A stretch of DNA of 32,634 nucleotides from a virus (lineage: Duplodnaviria > Caudoviricetes). The notes below the pieces were generated by a model. That model worked only from the letters and a program-made list of their open reading frames with translations. It had not been told where the DNA came from and made no database searches. This document shows, one piece after another, positions 16,903 through 24,649 of this stretch. Location of the stretch: positions 1 to 32,634 of IMG/VR virus record IMGVR_UViG_3300009117_000053, one strand, 5' to 3'. Each line of letters begins with the position of its first letter. The first letter of the stretch is position 1. The translations under genes were made by a program, and so were the position numbers.

Positions 16903-18333
16903 TTAAACCACATCCTCATAATCGATCTCCGACCCCGCGCTTTCTCCTTCCAGCTCGGCCATGATCTCTTTAACTTCTTTTTCGCTATAGCCTTCGTATT
17001 CTTGCAGGTATCTGGCTTTGGGAAACATGCCTTGAGATACAAGCAGCTGCATCCTGGTTCTTTTTGCTTCGGTATCCTCGATGATCGAATCATCAAAATT
17101 AACCGTTGTTTCTATGCTGCCTTTTACACCGGCAATCTCAGCAATGGCCTGACACATATTTTGGAGAGCGGTTTCAAGAACAAGCTCATTCTTTTTTAGG
17201 TTCTGGAAAAGGTCGGATTTCTCGCTGATAACCTCGGTCGCCGTCTTGGCTTGTCCACTCTCAAAATTGTAACGGTCATTACCCAGCCCGCATTTATCAG
17301 ATAGCAGATTAAGAAGCCTTTGCAATCCTTTATCGTGCTCGTCTATCCGCAATGTCATGTTGATCTCTTTTAGCTCTGCTTGGTTATCATCTTTCATTGC
17401 ATAGAATTCGGTATCATTATCGTCAAACAAAGGAAAAACGAGACCGGAAGAATCCTGCACCATCTGCAGCATACTTGCGGGAACAATGATCCGCTTTTTA
17501 CCAAGCTGGAACTCGCTGCAATAGCTGTCATAGATCAGATCAATGCCCTCTAAAAGATCGATGCTGTTCGCAAAGATGGAGACCCCCATGGGGCTACCCG
17601 TATCGATATTATTGACCGCATTGGGTCCGATGATCTGAAAGCGCGGCGTCAAGGATCCCGTATGTACCTCCGGCTCAATACCCCCGGGAAGAAGATTGTC
17701 CGCTTCGTTTGGCGTGATTTCTTCCGGACTGCCCGCGCCGGAAAACATCGGCGAGCCGGAAGAAGCATCAATCGGTATCATTTTGTTATAAATCACATAT
17801 TCGGCATTCTCGAGCTTATGGATATTCAGATAAATATAATCCTTGCCCTCGTTATTTCTGAGACTGGCAAAAGCGCATTCGGTAATGTCTTCACTCTCCC
17901 AGGAAATTGGGAAGATCATATCCGCCCGGACATAATCGATAAGCACGCCGCTTTCATTGCTTGAATCTGAGTGCTCCACAAAAGCACCGGTCCCTAATGC
18001 AAAGGCTACTTCCACAAGCTTATTGGATTGAATACGGAACTTGTTTTCCTTCAAAGCCGCGTCTACTTTTTTCTGCGCTGTGTCCGGAGTAACTGTCAAC
18101 TGTACTTTCTCATTCAAAAGCAAATTGGCATGATCCTCGCATACCTTCTTTGCCATTTTTAAACTTTTGCGGCGGCGCTTTACCTTGCTTTTGCCATTAA
18201 ATTGCTGGTAATCATGGAATTTCGCATGATGCCCCTGATACCATTCACGCCATAGAACGATATGTTTATAAACCGAGGCATCCGGGATATTATAGCCCAA
18301 CCCCTTCAAAATCGCCCTTATATCAATTTTCAA
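16903..18333 (-). CDS. Portal protein (SPP1 Gp6/A118-like), 476 aa
   Basis: Follows TerL; SPMGVSIFANS, AKTATEVISE, VNFDDSII motifs. Confidence 0.93.
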   Translation of the reverse strand: MKIDIRAILKGLGYNIPDASVYKHIVLWREWYQGHHAKFHDYQQFNGKSKVKRRRKSLKMAKKVCEDHANLLLNEKVQLTVTPDTAQKKVDAALKENKFRIQSNKLVEVAFALGTGAFVEHSDSSNESGVLIDYVRADMIFPISWESEDITECAFASLRNNEGKDYIYLNIHKLENAEYVIYNKMIPIDASSGSPMFSGAGSPEEITPNEADNLLPGGIEPEVHTGSLTPRFQIIGPNAVNNIDTGSPMGVSIFANSIDLLEGIDLIYDSYCSEFQLGKKRIIVPASMLQMVQDSSGLVFPLFDDNDTEFYAMKDDNQAELKEINMTLRIDEHDKGLQRLLNLLSDKCGLGNDRYNFESGQAKTATEVISEKSDLFQNLKKNELVLETALQNMCQAIAEIAGVKGSIETTVNFDDSIIEDTEAKRTRMQLLVSQGMFPKARYLQEYEGYSEKEVKEIMAELEGESAGSEIDYEDVV

Positions 18334-19658
18334 TTACTTTCCACCCCCCGCTTAATCAACATGCCCATTTGCTGAATATCACGCTGATATTTCTCTGTCG
18401 TATATTCGCAGGCGTCAAGGCTATCAATGTTTGATGTTCCATCATCCAGCCTGACATCCTCGGTTAATTTCTTTGGATCCCATACAGCACCCTGAAAGGC
18501 TCCGATAAGGTACTTGCAATGCCGCATAACTTTATAGCGCTCCTGCGCCATGATGGAGTTATAAAAAGAGATCCTATCTGTGATAGGACCCTTTAAAGCA
18601 TTCTTGATATCGATCGGCAGATGGTTTTCTATGGCAGCGATCTTAAGTCCTTGGATAAGGGCCGTGGCCTCACTGTCGCAATAGACTTCTATTGCCGGTA
18701 TCTTCGGATATGCTGCGCGTACCCGCTGGATAAACTCCACAAAATCTTTGTCCAATTGTTTAGGAGTTATAACCTCTTTTCGGTAATGCTCATCAAGAGT
18801 AATAACCTCCCGCAGGTTCTTTGTAATACCGTTTGCGACAAAGGCATGGGCCGAACCATTTCCGCCAAAGTCCACGCCGACCGTGATCATCAGTAGATCA
18901 TCGGGGGCCTTGTCGATAAGAAAAGACCCCGTGCAATCTGCAAATTGTCCATATATAAGACCCTCCGCAGCGCAGCGCTCGCCCAGGATATCCCGTTTAT
19001 ACCAAACGCTTCCCGGATTATATTGACGCTTTATTTCTTCCCGGCGCCCTTCAGGAATAGCCAGGTTGTCATCCATGGTGAAGTGCTGATAACTACAGAT
19101 CCCTTTTTCCCGGTATGTGTCTATATAATCCGTGTAGATCCAATGCAGGGGAGTGGACGGGTTGAGATCCCAAAGCACCTTACGGTCGATAGCCGCGAGC
19201 TGCCGCGAGAATGCGCACTTGATAAAACTATCATGGTGCTGATTTATTTCGGTCGCGATCCATAGTCCGTATGAGTTGCCGAGGATCTTTTGAAAGCTGT
19301 TAGCCTTAGCCGCGCCTGCAAAAACTATTACCTTTTCACCGGTTTGCGTGCGTATGACAAGCGCGTCATTGCCTTTGTATTTAGACCAATGACAACGGCC
19401 CCGGAATTGGTGCTCAATCCCGAAGCCGTTACACTCTGCGATATTTAATTTAGCATTTGCCGAAGTGGATCCGGAAGCAAGGTGTATCTTATCCGGACAA
19501 AGCTCAAGGTAAGCAACCGCCGCTATGCAGTGATCAATCGTTTTCCCGGATCTGACAGCGCCCTCGGCTATGTTGATCACGCTGCCGGCACAGTCCCGGA
19601 TATACCGCTTATGCTTTGACGAGAAGGGGGCCCAGGGGATTGTAGCTGTCTTATTCAT
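18330..19658 (-). CDS. terL: Terminase large subunit (PBSX-like), 442 aa
   Basis: Walker A GAVRSGKT; LNPSTPLHW; nuclease VGVDFG and DSLDACEY. Confidence 0.95.
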   Translation of the reverse strand: MNKTATIPWAPFSSKHKRYIRDCAGSVINIAEGAVRSGKTIDHCIAAVAYLELCPDKIHLASGSTSANAKLNIAECNGFGIEHQFRGRCHWSKYKGNDALVIRTQTGEKVIVFAGAAKANSFQKILGNSYGLWIATEINQHHDSFIKCAFSRQLAAIDRKVLWDLNPSTPLHWIYTDYIDTYREKGICSYQHFTMDDNLAIPEGRREEIKRQYNPGSVWYKRDILGERCAAEGLIYGQFADCTGSFLIDKAPDDLLMITVGVDFGGNGSAHAFVANGITKNLREVITLDEHYRKEVITPKQLDKDFVEFIQRVRAAYPKIPAIEVYCDSEATALIQGLKIAAIENHLPIDIKNALKGPITDRISFYNSIMAQERYKVMRHCKYLIGAFQGAVWDPKKLTEDVRLDDGTSNIDSLDACEYTTEKYQRDIQQMGMLIKRGVESN

Positions 19659-20145
19659 CTTTTAACATCTCCGCTAATGGCGTCAAATCTTCAATATCTG
19701 CGCCGTCTCCTTGTTTATTATCAAATAGACCTAAATGCTGACCGAGCAGTTCAAGGGCTTTTAGTTTATCATAGGTCTTTATTTCTACCCCAAATTTGCC
19801 CTTTTTTATTGACGCCACAGCGGCCTTTTTTTCAGGCATTAATTCATCAGTCGGGGTAAGAGTCACTCGATTTCGCTTGCCAACCGTAGCAAAGTCGGAT
19901 CCATCTGCTTTTGCAATCTTAAGCAGTTCCGTCAAAACAAAATCCTGAGTTATCTCTGTTCTTCTTACTCGTGCCTCTTTGCGCTTATTTATGTATTCAG
20001 CGACTGAAGTTTTCTGAAGTAGCTCAGCGCCGATGCGATAAGCTGTTTTTATCGAATAGCCCGCCCTTATAGCCGCTTGCGTAGCGTTAAGGTCTATTAA
20101 ATATTCATCACAAAATCGCTTTTGTCTTTCGGTTAGCTTATTCAC
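19651..20145 (-). CDS. terS: Terminase small subunit, 164 aa
   Basis: LTERQKRFCDEYLIDLNATQAAIRAGYS; DKLKALELLGQHLGLF. Confidence 0.96.
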   Translation of the reverse strand: MNKLTERQKRFCDEYLIDLNATQAAIRAGYSIKTAYRIGAELLQKTSVAEYINKRKEARVRRTEITQDFVLTELLKIAKADGSDFATVGKRNRVTLTPTDELMPEKKAAVASIKKGKFGVEIKTYDKLKALELLGQHLGLFDNKQGDGADIEDLTPLAEMLKDE

Positions 20146-20227
20146 ACCACCACCTCGCTTTTAATATTTACTACCCAGCCCCACCCCTTGCCGTTATCCG
20201 GTAGTATTCCGGCGCCCACATGTCCAT

Positions 20228-20252
20228 AAAAAAACCGCCTCGAAAGGCGGTT
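20228..20252 (-). terminator. Strong intrinsic terminator after yfbU
   Basis: AACCGCCT-TTCG-AGGCGGTT followed by T-run. Confidence 0.88.
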
Positions 20253-20260
20253 AAGGATAT

Positions 20261-20785
20261 TTAGTCTGAAATTATTTGCACTAATTGATCTCGTGTTAGA
20301 GGCTTATACTCATTATTCTGTATGCTTTTCCAGGTGCTTAGCATACGACTATATTTATTTAAAGTTGGATAATGGGAGTTTAAATCCTTGTCTTTAAAAT
20401 CCCTACTAATTTCTTCATAGCGTTCCATTTTTTCTAGAATAAACCTAGCATAACTCAAATAGACACATTCATTATTGCCATCGAAACCCTGAAATTTAAT
20501 ATCATCAACATCAATTCCTTCTTTATCTTCAGGTGATAAAGCTTTATATGAATCAAAAAACACTCTGTACATTTGTAATACGTCCCAAACAAAATTCATG
20601 GTTGAATCAGGGACATCCTCGCTAACAAACTCAATCATATCATCATAATTTCGCTTATATCCGTTAAGTAAGATATCTTGAAAAATTTCATAGTTTTTAA
20701 CTTCGTATTTGTCATCTTGTTTTAATGTTTTTAAGATTTCATATTGATTATATAGTATAAGACGATCTTTTATACTGAGATCCAT
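20261..20785 (-). CDS. yfbU: YfbU-family protein moron, 174 aa
   Basis: DRLILYNQYEIL, VWDVLQMY, FQGFDGNNE, LNSH...YSRML motifs; strongly AT-rich. Confidence 0.88.
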   Translation of the reverse strand: MDLSIKDRLILYNQYEILKTLKQDDKYEVKNYEIFQDILLNGYKRNYDDMIEFVSEDVPDSTMNFVWDVLQMYRVFFDSYKALSPEDKEGIDVDDIKFQGFDGNNECVYLSYARFILEKMERYEEISRDFKDKDLNSHYPTLNKYSRMLSTWKSIQNNEYKPLTRDQLVQIISD

Positions 20786-20826
20786 ATGTTTTTCCTCCTT
20801 TTATTTTATTTATATTATTTATCTTA

Positions 20827-20855
20827 GTTATATCACATTTAGGAAGAAAATTCCA
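20827..20855 (-). promoter_or_regulatory. Sigma-A promoter of yfbU
   Basis: TGGAAT-N17-TATAAC with TGTG extended -10 element. Confidence 0.55.
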
Positions 20856-20857
20856 GC

Positions 20858-20890
20858 AATAAAGAAGCGCCCTCCTCTCGGTGGACGCTC
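20858..20890 (-). terminator. Hairpin/terminator just downstream of the putative late promoter
   Basis: AGCGTCC-ACCGAGAGGA-GGGCGCT then TCTTTATT. Confidence 0.55.
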
Positions 20891-20908
20891 TCAAAATTCT
20901 TTAGCATA

Positions 20909-20943
20909 ACTATATCACTAAAATATACTGTCATTCAATGACA
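20909..20943 (-). promoter_or_regulatory. Putative late promoter with palindromic activator site
   Basis: TGTCATT-G-AATGACA (20929-20943) over the -35 position; TGaTATAGT extended -10; directly after activator stop codon. Confidence 0.6.
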
Positions 20944-20944
20944 C

Positions 20945-21367
20945 TTACTTTATTTTTTGCAATATACGTCCATGCTGCCGAAAAACTCTTCTCAGATATC
21001 CATCAAACCGATCTATAAAGTCTGTTCTTTTGCCATATATCTTTTCTGTTACCCGTGGCCAAGAAAGACCATCTATGTATCTCAATCTTATTAAGCACCT
21101 ATCAGCTGCCGGAAGAATACTTATCGCCGCCTCTATTGCCTGCCGCTCTTCCACTGCTTGCGCTATCAGATCATCGATTATAAGTGCAATAGCGGCAAGC
21201 TTTATGGCGACAGTCCCGGTAGGGTCGGAAGTCCCGCCTTGACCGTGAGGCAGGCCGTCAGGTTTTGGCGGGTTTTCGGCTTTGGCCAATATTTCTTCTC
21301 TTTCAAGCTTTAGCCGTTCTATTTCGAGGACTAAACCTCTATATTCTTGCAGCTGGGCCTTGTCCAT
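20945..21367 (-). CDS. Late transcriptional activator (RinA/ArpU-like), 140 aa
   Basis: GLPHGQGGTSDPTG and LIRLRYIDGLSWPRV motifs; last early gene before packaging module. Confidence 0.82.
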   Translation of the reverse strand: MDKAQLQEYRGLVLEIERLKLEREEILAKAENPPKPDGLPHGQGGTSDPTGTVAIKLAAIALIIDDLIAQAVEERQAIEAAISILPAADRCLIRLRYIDGLSWPRVTEKIYGKRTDFIDRFDGYLRRVFRQHGRILQKIK

Positions 21368-21477
21368 CTGCTACCTCCCGTTTAATGATCGACTTGTCAA
21401 TGTTACATATGGTTGCTCAATTCCGTTTTTACATAATTTCATTTTTTCTGGGTTACTCTAACCTTGAGGTGATAAAT

Positions 21478-21612
21478 GTGGATCCTAAAACCAAACGGCT
21501 TGTTATAGACGGTGATGCAGACAAGCCCATCCCTGAGGACATCTACCCGGTAATTGACACCGACCTTGCACGGGACAATGTGGAAAACGACTTAAGCCCT
21601 GCCGATTTGTAA
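21478..21612 (+). CDS. 44-aa acidic peptide moron
   Basis: GTG start behind RBS GAGGTG; MDPKTKRLVIDGDADKPIPEDIYPVIDTDLARDNVENDLSPADL; terminator follows. Confidence 0.6.
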   Translation: MDPKTKRLVIDGDADKPIPEDIYPVIDTDLARDNVENDLSPADL

Positions 21613-21735
21613 GACCTCTAATTCCTCTGCCGCCAATAGGGCGGCTTTTTCTTTTTGCAACAAGTCTCTCTCAGCAATTAGCTCTTCAATTTCAAGGACT
21701 GACCCTCTATATTCTTGTATCTGGGTTTTATCCAT
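21592..21735 (-). pseudogene. Truncated 47-aa paralogue of late activator N-terminus
   Basis: MDKTQIQEYRGSVLEIEELIAER vs MDKAQLQEYRGLVLEIERLKLER; identical GGGAGGTAGCAGATGGA leader. Confidence 0.7.
21629..21656 (+). terminator. Intrinsic terminator
   Basis: GCCGCC-AATAG-GGCGGC-TTTTTCTTTTT. Confidence 0.75.
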
Positions 21736-21818
21736 CTGCTACCTCCCTATCGGCTGGTTATACTGCCACTCCTACTCTTTTATGGCCGGCTCCTTTCATG
21801 CCCAGCCCGTATGCGTTT

Positions 21819-21846
21819 CACACATTTACCTCTTTTGTCATAATAT
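21819..21846 (+). promoter_or_regulatory. Sigma-K-like sporulation promoter
   Basis: CACA-N16-CATAATAT matches AC-N16/17-CATAnnnT consensus. Confidence 0.6.
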
Positions 21847-21900
21847 GTACTATGCCTGTCTTTTTTACTTTGATTTGCAAATAAACTAAAAGGGGGAACA

Positions 21901-22017
21901 ATGATGTGTTGTTTTTGGCCTTTGCTCGTATTGGGTGCCTTCTGCTGCGGAAACAGATCTAGTTGCCGATGTGGTTGCAATCGTTGTTGCCGTTGCTGCC
22001 GCAATCGTTGCTGTTAA
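21901..22017 (+). CDS. 38-aa Cys-rich peptide, 13 Cys (not in ORF track)
   Basis: MMCCFWPLLVLGAFCCGNRSSCRCGCNRCCRCCRNRCC; RBS AAGGGGG; double TAA stop; own promoter and terminator. Confidence 0.78.
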   Translation: MMCCFWPLLVLGAFCCGNRSSCRCGCNRCCRCCRNRCC

Positions 22018-22032
22018 TAAATATAACCACTC

Positions 22033-22062
22033 AGGCTTGCTGTAAAAGGCAAGCCTTTTTTT
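22033..22062 (+). terminator. Intrinsic terminator
   Basis: AGGCTTGC-TGTAAAAG-GCAAGCCT-TTTTTT. Confidence 0.85.
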
Positions 22063-22164
22063 ATTTCTGCCAAGTGCCGACTCTGCCTCGGTGCGGGTGA
22101 GGAATACGGTTTTGGCAAAGTCTTCCATGAACTATCGCACCAATCAATTTTAGTGTCGTACCAT
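22063..22164 (-). pseudogene. Remnant of a phage early gene
   Basis: ATG abutting rusA stop gives only MVRH*; another frame keeps FAKTVFLTRTEAESAL, resembling a common phage C-terminal GKTVFLTREEAE motif. Confidence 0.4.
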
Positions 22165-22590
22165 TTACGCTCCTACCTCCCTAATCTCCACTTCTACCCT
22201 CGGCTTGCTGGAATAAAACTTGCCAAATGGAGGAACATAATCAACGATCTGGCTATCATCATGCCAAACGATACCTTTTAAAGCATCCTTGATAGCTTTA
22301 ACATAATTATCAACATCCGGCTTTGTAATCGGCCTTTCTATTCCTTCCTCTGCTAATGACATTTTCTTTTTACTAAAGCTTTTAGGAATTGACCGGTACA
22401 CGGATAAGCTTAATGCCAACGGTCCTTCAAACAAGGACTTTCCCTGCATTTGCTCTGCAGCTGCTAACTTAACATAATCCTTAAAATCGCTGCTCTTTTT
22501 AGGGTCATATGCTCTAACAAAGCCGCCCCTAGTGCTAAAGCGCGGCCTTCCCTGGGCAACCGGCTCACCGTAAATAACAAGCTTAATCAT
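22165..22590 (-). CDS. rusA: RusA Holliday junction resolvase, 141 aa
   Basis: GEPVAQGRPRF, KPDVDNYVKAIKDAL, DDSQIV motifs. Confidence 0.95.
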   Translation of the reverse strand: MIKLVIYGEPVAQGRPRFSTRGGFVRAYDPKKSSDFKDYVKLAAAEQMQGKSLFEGPLALSLSVYRSIPKSFSKKKMSLAEEGIERPITKPDVDNYVKAIKDALKGIVWHDDSQIVDYVPPFGKFYSSKPRVEVEIREVGA

Positions 22591-22601
22591 CTATGTCCCT
22601 C

Positions 22602-23114
22602 CTACAAACTATTCACATACCTTCCGGCATCATCAAAATCAAATAATCCTCGATCTCCCTGCTCGTCGTCCCCTATCCATGTATCGCGGGGAATAAAAGC
22701 CCTTTTTTGATCGCTCCATTTAAATTCTTTACTTGCCAGAGCAAGGTTTAAGTTTCGCGGATCGCCTTGGCATTTACAGGCGCAAACATAGCCGTCGTAA
22801 GGGTCATTTTTAGGTATCGTTCTAAACCAGCCGGTACCTTGACAGTATTTACAGTCTTTTGCGCCTTCCATCGCCTTGGCTACCGCTTCGCCTTCTCGCT
22901 TATGTATAATCTCCCAGTAGTGAGAGATAAGGTCGGCAGGTTTAGGAAAGAATTTTCCATGTTCAGCATATTTATCAAAGGCCATTCCTAAGGTTTTAAA
23001 ATCAAATTGACTGAATATATCATGCCAGGAATTAACCTTTTCGCTATTGGGTACAGGTTGACTATATAAATCAGCCGCCTTGCGTAGCAGCTGAAACATT
23101 TCCTCTCTCTGCAT
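22602..23114 (-). CDS. Helicase loader/inhibitor-like protein with Zn finger, 170 aa
   Basis: KFFPKPADL motif; CKYCQGTGW...CACKC; follows initiator. Confidence 0.6.
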   Translation of the reverse strand: MQREEMFQLLRKAADLYSQPVPNSEKVNSWHDIFSQFDFKTLGMAFDKYAEHGKFFPKPADLISHYWEIIHKREGEAVAKAMEGAKDCKYCQGTGWFRTIPKNDPYDGYVCACKCQGDPRNLNLALASKEFKWSDQKRAFIPRDTWIGDDEQGDRGLFDFDDAGRYVNSL

Positions 23115-23973
23115 CCCGCCTGTCCTCCTCTCTAAGCTTTCTAAGTGTCTCTTCCGCTTCTTCCTGCTCTATGTCAGCCTTTGACTTCTTTGTAGTCCCG
23201 GCAGCATTGTTCCGTAAGATGCCCTTGACATAAGCCAGAGTGACCTTGCCTTGATCCGCCGCAGTCCTTATAGCATCGCAAAGATTGTCCTTCCCGTATT
23301 CATCCATCAGGAGGCCCAATTCTTCAATGACCATCTGAGTAGGATGTAAGGCAGCGGCCTTCTCCCAAGTCTTGAATACATCAGCAAAATCAAGATCGGG
23401 ATTATCAACGACAACCTCGGTTTTTTTGCCCTTATTGTTTTTGTTTTCTTTACTTTTCTTTTCTTTCTTTTTCTTTTCTTTTCTTTGTGTATTATCAGGG
23501 GGTAAAACCGGGGGTTTTTCGGAAATAACTATGGGTTTTTCGGAATTAATAGGGGTTTTGGGTGAATTAATATAAGGTTTCTTACCAAGAAACCAATAAG
23601 CATCGTTTATGCAAGGTCTACGTCCTTTGACTTCTAGGAATCGTCGCTGGATACCGACAGAGGTGATAACGCCCCGCAACAAGAGGTCTTTATCGAAAAG
23701 ACCTATATCCGCGCAGTAGAGAATCACTTGTATGACCTGTTCTTTAGACCGCGCCCATCTGTTACCTATGGACTTAATCAGTTTGACGGCAAGTCTGTCC
23801 ATGTCGATCTCGAGATAATAACCCTTATCCCGGTAGACTAGGCATAAGATTCGCTTATAAACCGATTCGCCTAACGGTCCGAACTCATTGCTTAAATCCT
23901 CGATTTTGAAATCCTCATAAAAATCCACGTCAAAAGGAAAATATAATAGTCCCTCTTTCGGTGGCCGTGCCAA
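23071..23973 (-). CDS. Replication initiator (DUF4373/Lin1244-like plus DnaD-like domain), 300 aa
   Basis: Start moved to TTG ARPPKEGLLYFPFDVDF behind GGCGGTG; ITSVGIQRRF; LAYVKGILRN. Confidence 0.87.
   Translation of the reverse strand: MARPPKEGLLYFPFDVDFYEDFKIEDLSNEFGPLGESVYKRILCLVYRDKGYYLEIDMDRLAVKLIKSIGNRWARSKEQVIQVILYCADIGLFDKDLLLRGVITSVGIQRRFLEVKGRRPCINDAYWFLGKKPYINSPKTPINSEKPIVISEKPPVLPPDNTQRKEKKKKEKKSKENKNNKGKKTEVVVDNPDLDFADVFKTWEKAAALHPTQMVIEELGLLMDEYGKDNLCDAIRTAADQGKVTLAYVKGILRNNAAGTTKKSKADIEQEEAEETLRKLREEDRRDAERGNVSAATQGG
23440..23582. repeat. Probable replication origin: ~21-bp iterons next to a T-rich tract
   Basis: GGGTTTTTCGGAA at 23512 and 23533, degenerate copies near 23553 and 23575; pyrimidine tract 23440-23486. 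Confidence 0.65.
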
Positions 23974-24051
23974 GATATCACCGCCTCGCTCTATGTAGTC
24001 TTTATGGGGTGATGATTTTAGGCACCACCCCGTTGACATATTGCTGCCGAT

Positions 24052-24609
24052 TTACGAAGCTTCTAGCTCCTGGCTGTCTTTCTCGGCATCGGATCCCTTC
24101 TCAAATTTAAGCACCTGTTGGCCGTTCTTCTTCATAGCGTCAAACATGCGGCGGCAGTCCTCGCTCCAATTTCCGTAACGGTGAACAATGGAGGTAAACT
24201 CTTCAAAGTCATGCCCGATGATGGAAAACTTGTCATTACCGTGCTTGTCCACGTCATGGTCACAATGACAAAGCTCATGGTGAAGTAAGGCAAAGCGGGC
24301 CTCGTCATTTGCCCCGAAGTTGTTCCAAACCTCATAATTGATAGTCAATACAAAGTTTGGCGCCTTGTTCTCGTCAAAAGTATCCTTCCCGTAGGCCTCT
24401 TTAATCATGGCTTTGGTTTCAGCGCTCAAAAGCTTGATATTGGCCCAGGTTTCTCTCTTTTTACTGCTCCAACGTCCTTCGCGGAATAGAAGAGTAAATT
24501 TAGCATTTGCCAGATCGCCGCGGTATTGGTTAATCAAGGGAGTAAAATATTTTGCTCTTACATCGTCAGGAACGGGGAAATAACGGGTAACTGCTTTTTT
24601 TCTTGCCAT
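24052..24609 (-). CDS. Putative phage metallopeptidase, 185 aa
   Basis: ALLHHELCHC (HExxH) plus HDFEEF...VHRYG motif. Confidence 0.8.
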   Translation of the reverse strand: MARKKAVTRYFPVPDDVRAKYFTPLINQYRGDLANAKFTLLFREGRWSSKKRETWANIKLLSAETKAMIKEAYGKDTFDENKAPNFVLTINYEVWNNFGANDEARFALLHHELCHCDHDVDKHGNDKFSIIGHDFEEFTSIVHRYGNWSEDCRRMFDAMKKNGQQVLKFEKGSDAEKDSQELEAS

Positions 24610-24649
24610 ATTTGGGTACCTCCTGATTTTTTATTTTTTATTAGGCGTC

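Noticed and set aside
448-19859. Numerous plus-strand ORFs opposite the structural genes
   Set aside because: Antisense shadows of well-supported minus-strand genes; no RBS or recognisable motifs
21780-22128. Minus-strand low-complexity ORFs (TATIAAATATT and QQRQQ)
   Set aside because: Reverse-complement readings of the Cys/Arg codons of the plus-strand peptide, which has promoter, RBS and terminator
23974-24039. N-terminal extension of the initiator ORF
   Set aside because: Family-typical start MARP begins at TTG 23973 behind an RBS
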